This document shows positions 12,310 to 22,394 of a stretch of DNA of 41,861 bases, piece by piece (within the stretch, counting starts at the first letter, position 1; each line of letters opens with the position of its first letter). The notes below the pieces were generated by a model. It saw only the letters and a list, made by a program, of their open reading frames with translations, did not search any database and was not told where the DNA came from. Position numbers and translations under genes: made by a program. Source of the stretch: Octopus sinensis (Eukaryota); assembly GCF_006345805.1 (NCBI RefSeq), contig NW_021835260.1, positions 1 to 41,861 on the forward strand. The letters run 5' to 3'.

Positions 12310-13700
12310 TATGGCTAAATATCTGGGAGCTCTTTAAATTTTATTTAGGAAAAGAGATCAGTAATTAGAGGGATATCAAATTACTAGACTAGTTCATTAA
12401 AGTCAGAAAAAGAGTTATGGCTCTGTTGATAATTGACAGTTAAACTAGATGAGATGCAGTTCAGTTTTGTTCTGGAAAAAAGAAGTACTGATATCATATT
12501 CCTGGTCAGTCAACAAGTGAAGAACCTGTTGACCTAGAGAAAGCCTTTGACAGAGGTTACTCATTTGGGGATCTAGTAATTATTGATGAAGCTAGGAGTA
12601 TAAGAATGGCTTATGTGAGCCATACAATCCATATACAGGTGTATTGTCAGCAATATGAGAAATAGCAATGAGTACAGTGATGACTTTAGTGTGTAGGTAG
12701 GATACCATCAGTGCTTAGTCTCTTTCTATTTATCAAAGACCTCCAGGGGAGTTTAAGATTAGGTGTCTACAGGAATTCTTATTTGCTCATGTTCTCTTTT
12801 TTATGGCTGAAGCTGGAGTAAGACTGGGAAAACATTACAGGTGTGAAAGCAAAGCATGGAATCAAAGGGCCTCATTACCTTGGTAAACATTCAAAACTTA
12901 GTAAATCAGAAAACATACAAGACCCTTCGTCCATCTGGATAATTACCTTGTTTCATATGTAAAAAGAGGAATGGGTGGAAAGTTGATATAGTGTATCCAG
13001 TGCAAACTGTGTATGTGCAAAAGATACAATGGAATTATGGGTAGGTTGACAAAGTGGACATTGTATGTAGCAGGTGTGCTGGAGCAATAAACATTAAGTG
13101 AACATAAGAAATGATGCCTTCAAAAGCCCAGGAAGATTTCTAGATGTAATAGAGAGCTTTTGTTATCTAGGTGATCAAAACAGTATTGGTGGAAGTTGTT
13201 CTCAAAGTGTAGTAGCCAATGTAAAATCTGAGTAGAGAAAGTCCATGGATTTATTACTTCTGTCATAAACATAAAGTTTTTCTCTCAGTGTGAAAAGCTG
13301 ACCTTATGATGCTTTTTTCAACTTGAAATGCTCCATGATCGTGAGACATGAGCCTTGAATGTGGAGTACCTGAAAAGACTAAAAAGAAATAAAGCATACA
13401 TGCTCCACTGGATATGTAATGTTTGTGTGCAAAACTGATGGAATACAAATGTGTTGAGGGAACAACTGGCCAAGAATTAAATGTAGTATACTTAGTTTGG
13501 GTATGTGATATGTATGGATGAAGACAGTTGTATATAAAACTAATGATCACTCACAGTAGATGAAACCTGTGTGAGAGAAAGACATGGGATGAGGTAGTTA
13601 AGGCTGATTTCAGGATGCTGGCACTCATGGAAGAGATGACAAATCAAGTTGATTAGTGATATGCAGTACTCAACATGATTTACCTTCCTATGATTGCACA
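12310..13700 (+). mobile_element. Heavily decayed RTE LINE (RT to ORF end)
   Basis: Remnants such as 'gacctagagaaagcctttgacag', 'gtgtatccagtgcaaactg', 'ttgttatctaggtgatcaa', 'agaaagacatgggatgaggtagttaag' match the copy at 17989-20637. Confidence 0.8.
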
Positions 13701-13739
13701 TCATGGCTAAGGCTCTCAAAGCGTAATATATATATATGT

Positions 13740-14900
13740 ACACTATGCACCTGAGTCTCCCCCATCTATCCAGACAACTGAGTTCCCCCTCTAAGTCACT
13801 TCCATTCTTCTCATTCTAACAATTGACAATCCCTACCTCACCCTTGTTAATATCCATCTTAAACTCTCATCTTCATTTGTAACTTCTGGATCACTGCCAC
13901 TCCCTATTGATACTCATTCCTCATTTTTGTCATCCATGACTACATTCCTTTCCTTGTTGGTTTCCAATTTTCACATTCACTTCACTCACAACCTCAACTC
14001 CACTTCTATCATCCTGTCCTCACATCTCACTCGCAATCTCTAATTCTATATCCATCATCCTATCCCCTCAGTCTCCTCCACTTGCGACCTGAGTTCTATC
14101 CCTCATCACTCTATCACACATCCATCTATCATTTCCCAATATACTACATTTTTCTGCTCTCGTAAGAAACTGATATAGAACCTGCTTCTATATACCATAC
14201 CATTGCCATCTCTGTACTGCTGATCACCACTCTTCTCCTCTATACTATTCTCAATCAGCCTTCATTCCTCATTCTCAATTGCACCCCACTCATACTGGTT
14301 CCCTCCACCCTTGTTCACCCTTCTCTACATTTATCTTCTATATACTACTGACCTCATTCACCTCATCTTTATATCCACCTCACTCTCCTTTCACACTCTT
14401 ACAGCCTTATCTGCAAACCTTCATTATTCTCCTGTATCCTTCTCTCTTCCATTTATCTCTTGGACATGTTACCATGCATGTATGTTCTGTTACCTTGTCA
14501 TCACCATATTTACCTCTTGAGTCCCATTCCAGTCCTTCTCACCCATTGATGCAAAATAAATAATTGCCACACATCTTTCTGCCACCCTCCACAGTGATAC
14601 TTTAACATCTCAACTCCTTGCTTAAAGCATCCACCCTATCTCTTATCTTCCCCATTAGTTGAATAGCTCTTCAGTCTTGCAAGTTACAAAGGAACTTCAT
14701 TAGATTTGATGCTATGAAAATAGCACCCAGTCAACTCTGTAAAGTGGTTGGCATTAGGAAAGGTATACAGAAAGCATGCTAAAACTGACTTTTAAGCAAG
14801 ATGTGGATCTCTGGCCTGCAGGACCTTGTTAAAATGTATTGTCCATGCTAGCATGGAAAGCAGACACAAGATGATAGTGGCAGTGGCAGCAATGATGATT
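13740..14900 (+). repeat. Pyrimidine-rich low-complexity tract ending in an RTE-type tail
   Basis: C/T-rich like 2990-3490; ends 'gtcttgcaagttac...gtggttggcattaggaaagg...ccatgctagcatggaaagcagac...gatgat'. Confidence 0.6.
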
Positions 14901-15798
14901 ATCATCATCTCTATGATGATAGTGCATGTCTATTTTGAGGAAGATATATACATATTAAGAACCCATATGTCAGAAAAAAATAAGCCCATTTACATTTGTT
15001 AATAGAGCAGGTATAATAGTCAAAATGTACAGTATTATAGATCCATTACAGCTAATCTTACCACTTGGTTTTACTCTGGGAATTAAAATGGATATTAGAT
15101 AACAGCACAGTTAAGAAATACTCTGTGCTCTTGAGATCTGGTAGGTATGGAAAAAATATCTGTTTTGAGGAAAGTAAAAAAGAAATTAATAATGTAATGC
15201 AATTTATGAAGTTTTGCAAAATGTAGGTAAAACATTATGAAAAGCCTGCACCAACAAATTTTCATAAATTCCTTTTTTAAAAACACCTATATTGTGGTAT
15301 TTTAGTTTGACATTAAACTTCCCTTATTTTATTACAATTCTATCATTATCAGCAGTTCCAATTTACAAAAATGTAATATTTCATCATACACATTTTTATT
15401 TCATTTTATTTAATGATAGTAGTTGTGGAACTTATGTAGACTTATATTCAATGTTGCCTTTTATTCTGCATCCTTTTCCTGAAACTTTGTGTCTTGCTAA
15501 TTAAATTTTGCCAACATCTTCAAAACTTAAATGGTAGTCTGATGAAATTCTTGGATACAAGTATTTTTTATATAGATGTGTATTTTCTAATATATTGGTT
15601 AGGATTTGAAAATTTGTATTGGACATTTCTTTCAGTGTAAAAGATTGCAATACTAACAGAATTCATTTAAAATTTTCTCATTTTTATGCATCACTTTATA
15701 TTCAATGCAACTTGGAATATTAATTGCCAATGTAACAGCAAAAAATAAAATATCTTTATGCAAGTATTACGTAAATAATCTGATTTCCTTTTATACAG

Positions 15799-16050
15799 AT
15801 CCACCTGATATGGTAGAAATCAAGGCTGATGAACCCTTTCTTGAAGGTGACAAAGGCATTTTGCATTGTAAGGCAAGAAATGGATATCCAGAAAAGTACA
15901 GCTACAGGTGGGATCCAAGTAAGAAGACCTCACAAAATTTAACATTTCCTCAACTCAATCGAACACACAATAATGAGGTTTACACTTGTTATGTTTCTAA
16001 CAAGTGCAGTAAAAGAGAATTACATAAAACACATTGGATCAATGTAGAAT
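15799..16050 (+). CDS. Coding exon: second immunoglobulin-like domain, same gene
   Basis: 'tttccttttatacAG' acceptor (15797-15798), donor GTAAGT at 16051; 252 nt, phase 1-1; YPPDMVEIKADEPFLEGDKGILHCKARNGYPEKYSYRW...NLTFPQLNRTHNNEVYTCYVSN...HWINVE with canonical Cys-Trp-YxC. Splices in frame with the 11689-11946 exon. Confidence 0.92.
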
Positions 16051-16264
16051 GTAAGTTGAAAGCTTAAAATTCTATTACAAACCTGTAAAATAATTATTTA
16101 CATTCATTACAGAAAAGTACTACGATCTATTCATCTTTGTTAATTTTGTTTTTTACCCCAAAATCTTCACATAGTTGATTTTCTTTGTTTTTCTAAAATA
16201 AATTGTTTAATAAAAATACAAATTGTAGGTTGTAAAATTAATTTCAACCTATCAACATTTAAAC

Positions 16265-16435
16265 AGCTATACATTATTTACATTTGACGGATATTTGTCC
16301 TCATCTTGCATGTCTTGTTAACACAATGTTTTGGCTGATATACTCTCATTTTGCCTGGAATTGAACTTGGAATCTTGGGTTAGTAGCCTGCGCACACTCT
16401 TAACCACTATGCCATAAGCCCGTGGGCAGTTATGG
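16265..16435 (-). mobile_element. tRNA-derived SINE (family D)
   Basis: Reverse complement 'tggcatagtggttaagag...caagttcaattccaggc' gives A-box and B-box; non-tRNA body follows. Confidence 0.7.
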
Positions 16436-16919
16436 AGTGAATTTTTGGGCTTATAAATCTAATATTTTCCTACCCTTCCTTAATACCATTTTGCATATGC
16501 TACTTATTGGATTAAGAACAGAACAAAGAGATAAGCCCTGCTTTCCCAGGAATTACTGGGTACATCAGCTAATATATATATAGATAGATAAAACATAATA
16601 GCTTCCCCTGAACCATTTAGTTTCAGTTTGGTTGACAAACAAATGAATTAACTCTCTCTTTTATACATATAGATACATATAAATAAATTTTGCATTTTAA
16701 ATGCCTTTGGTGAAAATTTTCAGGGTGCATAAAAGGACAATTTGTGAACTACATAGCGATTTACTGGAATATTCAAATATACACAGAAAATATATTTATG
16801 TTTACTATGTATATGTGTGTGTGCATGCATGCATTAAAAATATTCATTTATTTTAAAATTCAATATTACTAATAATAATAATCATGAATAATGATTTATA
16901 CTTTGTAAGAGGAACATTA

Positions 16920-17545
16920 TTTACTGAATAAAATGAAATAAAATTTAAGTGAAAGAGAAATAAAGTTTATGTTCATGTTTGTATATGTGTGTGTGCATGT
17001 CTATGCTCATATTTATATATACGCACGCACACACATGCACAGACGCACAAACACAGGTACAGATATACATACACACAATAATTATGGATGCCAATGGTTT
17101 ATATATCAACTTACATGTGTATATATGTTACTTTCTAAGTTTTTTATTAATGTACATAAATACATAAGAGCAGCAATAAAAGTTCATTCACACATTATTT
17201 GATATTTATATTGAAGTTTAATAATAATGATAATAATCAACTAAATTATATAAGAGTAAAAGTACATGATTAACATATATAATATAATAAAATAAAATAA
17301 ATAAGGTAGTAGAAATAATGAATATAGAATAAATAGGATAAGAATAAAAAATAGAAATAAAGGGGAAGTAAAATTTGTTTATGCGTGAATGCATGTCCGT
17401 GTATATGCATACATGGATTATATTATGTGTATGTGGATATCTATATATGGATAACATTGTTGGTATTTATAAAATATAATAAATAAAATAAAATAAGGTA
17501 AATAAGTAAGCAGAAATAAGGAATAAAGAATAAATAAAAATCAAA
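16920..17545 (+). repeat. AT-rich local repeat family (contains the empty-site homolog of the Helitron insertion)
   Basis: 'tatatggataacattgttggtattta|taaaatat...aagtaagcagaaataa' at 17444-17519; related pieces at 21263-21330, 22161-22196 plus 30504-30550 (+), and 30575-30725 and 31050-31170 (-). Confidence 0.75.
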
Positions 17546-17680
17546 TATGCCCCCTCGTATCATATATCTTATCGTATTTTTTATTATTTATTTTATTTTC
17601 ATTCTCTCTCTGGCTTTCATTCATTTATAATTATTTTCCCCCTCAAATATAGTATTCAAACTAGTTGCTTCGATTTTCTG

Positions 17681-20637
17681 CTTGAACGGAAACGTGTGGA
17701 TGTATGCTATATCCAGGAAGTAAGGTGGAGAGGAGGTTCCGCTAGGCTCCTCACAGGCAAGGAACACAGGTACAAGATTTTCTGGGCAGGGTACACTGAC
17801 GGGGTCGGGGGCGTGGGTATACTTCTTGCGGAGAAATGGGTAGGTAAGGTAATCGAGGTAGTCAGAGTAAGTGACAGAGTAATTAAAATTAGATTAGTCC
17901 TACACCATAGGACAGCTACCATCATCTCGGCATACGCCCCTCAACCAGGGCTACCGGGAGGACAAAAGACCAATTCTATGACACCCTATTGCGGACTACC
18001 TCGTTGACAAATGACAGTGACCTTCTCTTCGTGGCAGGTGATTTCAATGGACATGTTGGACGACATGTCGGGGGCTTCCATGGCGTCCATGGAGGCTACG
18101 GTTTTGGCTCTCGTAATGAGGAGGGAACCAGGCTGCTGGAGTTCTGCGATGCAAATGACCTTATGGTCTGCAATACCAACTTCAGGAAACCCACCTCTCA
18201 CCTAGTCACCTACCGTTCTGGCAGACACACCAGCCAGATTGACTACATTCTTGCCAGAAAAAGGGAAAGAGGGCTGATTGTAAATGCCAAAACCTTTCCA
18301 GGCGAAGAATGTACTCCTCAACATAGATTAGTAGTTAGCGACCTCAGGATCAGAGCTAAATGGTTGCCCAGAAGAAGACCAGCTTGGAGGAGAAGGGTCT
18401 GGACGCTTAAAGATCCTGCAAATGGACAGAGATTTAGAGACATACTACTCGAAGCCTTTGACGAAATAGAAGGGGATATAGCTTCACTTAATGTGGAAGA
18501 CAACTGGAGATTCCTACGAGACAATCTGCTGACAGCCACTGAACAGATCTGTGGATGGAGCAAAGTACCATCTCGACCCAGAGTAACATGGTGGTGGAAC
18601 ACTGTGGTTGATAGGGCTATTAGACAAAAGAGACAGGCTTGGAAGGACTGGAAGAACGGTGGTAGCAGGGAATTGTATCAGACAGCTAAAAGGGAAGCTA
18701 GGAGACAGGTTTATTTAGCCAGAGGGGAAGCGGATAAGAAAAAATTTGCCAATGTTCTGAGCCGTGAGGATGAAAGACTTGAGGTATTTCGTGTTGCAAG
18801 ACAGTGTGTGAGAGAGAATCGTGATGTGGTAGGAGAGAAGTGTGTTTGTATGGATGATGGTTCACTTGCGCTAAATGAGGATGCAAAGAGAGAGGTTTGG
18901 AGATGCCACTATGAAAGGCTGCTGAATAAAGAAAATGAATGGGATAAAGAGAGTCTGCCGAATGTTGACCCAACAGAGGGACCAGCTATCCGAGTTGATA
19001 GTTCCGTGGTAGCTAAGGCAATTAGAAGCATGAAGACAGGAAAAGCCCCAGGCCCATCAGGAATTACTGCAGAGATGCTCAAAATATCTGGCAGTGTTGG
19101 CTATAACCTAGTCACCCGTATAGTCAACCAGGTGATATATGAAGGAGTCATTCCCAATGACTGGTGTAGCAGCATACTAGTCAACTGCTACAAAGGTAAA
19201 GGTGATGCCCTAGATACAAATAATTACAGAGGTATCAAGCTGTTGGATCAGGTAATGAAGGTTACGGAGAGGGTCATAGCCCAACTAATTAGAGAGAGAG
19301 TTAGTTTAGATGAGATGCAGTTTGGGTTCGTGCCAGGGAAAAGCACCACTGATGCTATATTCCTGGTAAGGCAGCTGCAGGAGAAATACCTAGCCAAAGA
19401 TAAGCCCCTGTACCTGGCTTTCGTTGACATGGAGAAAGCCTTTGATAGGGTCCCCCGATCCCTCATCTGGTGGTCAATGAGGAAACTAGGGATAGATGAA
19501 TGGCTGGTGAGGGCTGTGCAAGCCATGTACAGAGATGCCATAAGTAAGGTTAGGGTTGGCAACATGTACACAGAAGAATTCAAAGTAGAGGTTGGGGTCC
19601 ACCAGGGTTCAGTACTCAGCCCCCTCCTATTTATCATAGTCCTCCAGGCAATTACGGAGGAATTCAAGACAGGTTGCCCCTGGGAGCTCCTCTATGCTGA
19701 CGACCTCGCTCTAATTGCTGAGTCACTATCAGAACTGGAGGAGAAGTTCCAGGTGTGGAAGGAAGGTTTAGAATCGAGGGGCCTTAGAGTCAACCTAGCT
19801 AAAACCAAAGTACTAATAAGTAGAAAGGTAGACAATCCACAAATATCCTCAGGAAGATGGCCCTGCTCGATCTGTAGAAAAGGTGTAGGTAGAAACTCTA
19901 TAAGATGTACCCAGTGTAAGCTATGGACACATAAGAGGTGCAGCAATATCAAAGGTAGGCTAACTGGGAAGATAGTTTTTGTATGTGGCAGATGCTCGGG
20001 AGCATTGACCTCCAAAAATCTGCAGAAAACAACTTCCGTCACTTTCCAGGGGGAAAAACTAGAAGTAGTTGATAGCTTCCGTTATCTAGGTGACCAAGTC
20101 AGTAGCGGGGGTGGGTGCACTGAAAGTGTAACTGCTAGAATAAGAATAGCCTGGGCAAAGTTTAGGGAACTCTTACCTTTGCTGGTGACTAAAGGCCTCT
20201 CGCTCAGAGTAAAAGGCAGACTGTATAATGCATGTGTACGAACAGCCATGCTACATGGCAGTGAAACATGGGCCGTGACTGCTGAGGACATGCGTAATCT
20301 CGTGAGGAATGAAGCCTGTATGCTCCGATGGATGTGTAATGTCAGTGTACATACTCGACAGAGCGTTAGTACCTTGAGAGAAATGTTGTACCTAAGAAGC
20401 ATCAGTTGTGGTGTGCAAGAGAGACGATTGCGCTGGTATGGTCATGTGGCGAGAATGGATGAAGATAGGTGTGTGAGAAAGTGCCAATCCCTAGCAGTTG
20501 AGGGAACCCGTGGAAGAGGTAGACCCAGGAAAACCTGGGACGAGGTGGTGAAGCACGACCTTCGAACGTTAGGTCTCACCATGGAAATGACTAGAGACCG
20601 AGACCTATGGAAGTATGCTGTGCGTGAGAAGACCTGA
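17681..20637 (+). pseudogene. RTE ORF (APE endonuclease, reverse transcriptase, PHD-like finger) with one 1-nt frameshift near 17963
   Basis: EN motifs 'VCYIQEVRW', 'IISAYAPQ', 'AGDFNGHVG', 'SQIDYIL', 'PQHRLV'; RT motifs 'NYRGIKLL', 'QFGF', 'FVDMEKAFD', 'GVHQGSVLSPLLF', 'LYADD', 'YLG'. The 882-codon part 17989-20637 is uninterrupted; the A-run 'ggacaaaagacc' needs one more A to join the frames. Confidence 0.95.
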
Positions 20638-20814
20638 CAAGACTAGTGAAGCCATAACCTGTGGCCCCTACCTGGGACGTAGTCAGTCCACCTATGCATA
20701 CCTTCCCCTTGTGACACTTGTGAAGACCTGTTGAGGCAAGTGAAAATCAAAATCAAAATCAAATCAAATCAAATCAAACCAAATAAAAATAGATGAACAT
20801 CAATGGAATTTGTA

Positions 20815-21095
20815 TCCCTGTGGGTGGCACATAAGAAAACCATCTGAACGTGACCATAGCCATTACCGCATCGACTGGCCTCCGTGCTGTGTGCACATAA
20901 CAAACAACATCCGAGCGTGGCCGTTCGCCAGCCTCGTCTGGTACCTGTGTCGGTGGCACATAAGAAAACACCATCCGAGCGTGGCCGTCTGCCAGCCTCG
21001 TCTGGCACCTGTGTCAGTGGCACATAAAAACACCATCCAAGCGTGGCCGTGTGCCAGCCTCGCCTGACACCTGTGTCGGTGGCACATAAAATCAC
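20815..21095 (+). repeat. ~60 bp tandem repeat within the RTE 3' UTR (about 5 units)
   Basis: Unit ~'cctgtgtcggtggcacataagaaaacaccatccgagcgtggccgtctgccagcctcgtctggca'; no unique spacers. Confidence 0.9.
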
Positions 21096-21409
21096 CCACT
21101 ACACTCTCGGAGTGGTTGGCGTTAGGAAGGGCATCCAGCTGTAGAAACACTGCCAGATCTGACTGGCCTGGTGCAGCCTTCAAGCTTGCCAGACCCCAGT
21201 TGAACCGTCCAACCCATGCTAGCATGGAAAGCGGACGTTAACCAATGATGATGATGATGATGATAAAGGTGAAATAAATTTGCTTATGTGTTTATGCACG
21301 TGAATACATGTATGGGTGTATCTTGTTTATATATTAGTATCTCTATATGTGTTTACATATACAGATGTTTATTTCTAGTTATTTCATTAGTTCATTAGTT
21401 TATATTTCC

Positions 21410-22160
21410 ACACCCTAGCGGTTGAGGGAACCTGTGGAAGAGGTAGACCCAGGAAGACCTGGGATGAAGTGGTGAAGCACGACCTTCGAACTTTAGGCCT
21501 CACCAAGGAAATGACTAGTGACCGAGACCTTTGGAAATATGCTGTGCTTGAGAAGACCCAGCAAGCCAAATGAGACCATAACCTCGTTTGCTTGTGCCAG
21601 GGGTATAACCAGCCCACGTGTGCGTACCTTTTCCTTCTCTGAACACTAATCTCTGCTTGCGAAGACCTGTTGAGGCAAGTGAAATCGAAACCGAAATCAA
21701 AATCAAAGTGAAATTCGATGACGGGCACGAGCACCATATGAGCGTGGTCGTTGCCAGCTTCGCCTTACTGGCACTTGTGCCCTGTGCTAGTAGGGTGCTA
21801 AGAGCACCATCTGAGCATGATCGTTGCCAGAGTGGCTAACTGGCTTGTAGGAGGGATGTAGGAGGCACCATTCGAGCGGGATCGTTACCAGCATCTCCTT
21901 ACTGGCACCTGTACCATTGGCATGTGTAAAAACAAATTCGAGCGAGGTCGTTGCCAGTACCGCCTGACTGGCTCGATGCTAGTGGCACGTAAAAGCACCC
22001 ACTACACTCTCTGAGTGGTTGGTGTTAGGAAGGGAATCCATCTGTAGAAACTCTGCCAGATCAAGACTGGAGCTTGGTGCAGCCATCTGGTTCACCAGCC
22101 GACAGTCAAACCGTCCAACCCATGCAAGCATGGAAAGCGGACGTTAAATGATGATGATGA
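21410..22160 (+). mobile_element. RTE LINE 3' fragment (second copy)
   Basis: 'gttgagggaacctgtggaagaggtagacccaggaagacctgggatgaagtggtgaagcacgacc' (ORF end), related UTR repeats and the same tail ending (GAT)n at 22160. Confidence 0.95.
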
Positions 22161-22394
22161 TGTATATGCGTATATGGATAATATTGTTGGTATTTATCTG
22201 TATATATAAAAGGCAGGATGTGTGTACGTGAATGTAATTTATGCACGTCCACAAATTAGCACGCATGTCGCTCCAATTTTAGGAGGACATTTGTCACGAC
22301 CCTAACTGTATTTTTATCAAATTATTTTTCCTGAAGCACCAGCGGGTAGTAGTAAAAATCGATTTTCAGCCTTAACTTTTACCAATTTTGAAGT

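Larger units (their letters stand above)
17680..21262 (+). mobile_element. Young RTE-clade LINE, slightly 5'-truncated, with complete 3' UTR
   Basis: APE endonuclease plus RT ORF, (AAATC)n tract ~20745-20780, ~60 bp tandem repeats, conserved tail and (GAT)n end at ~21262. Confidence 0.97.

Noticed and set aside
15041-15102. Candidate short hydrophobic exon (x)PLQLILPLGFTLGIKMDIR* between the Ig exons
   Set aside because: In-frame stop before any donor, hydrophobic run too short for a TM helix, and no other support; only RNA-seq could rescue it as an alternative terminal exon.
16340-16435. Possible tRNA genes (also 30730-30800)
   Set aside because: Only A/B boxes are recognisable; no complete cloverleaf, and each continues into a SINE body.
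17640-17690. Target-site duplication for the young RTE; 14-mer 'atatagtattcaaa' shared with ~25773
   Set aside because: No matching duplication after the tail at 21263; the 14-mer is AT-rich and probably chance.
18318-20402. Antisense ORFs of 90-140 aa within the RTE, and similar ones within the CR1 LINE
   Set aside because: Shadow frames of the sense ORF; no independent motifs.
20815-21095. CRISPR-like array of ~60 bp repeats (also 21700-22000 and 27960-28120)
   Set aside because: Units are contiguous diverged tandem copies with no unique spacers, lie inside LINE 3' UTRs, and there are no cas genes; the context is eukaryotic.
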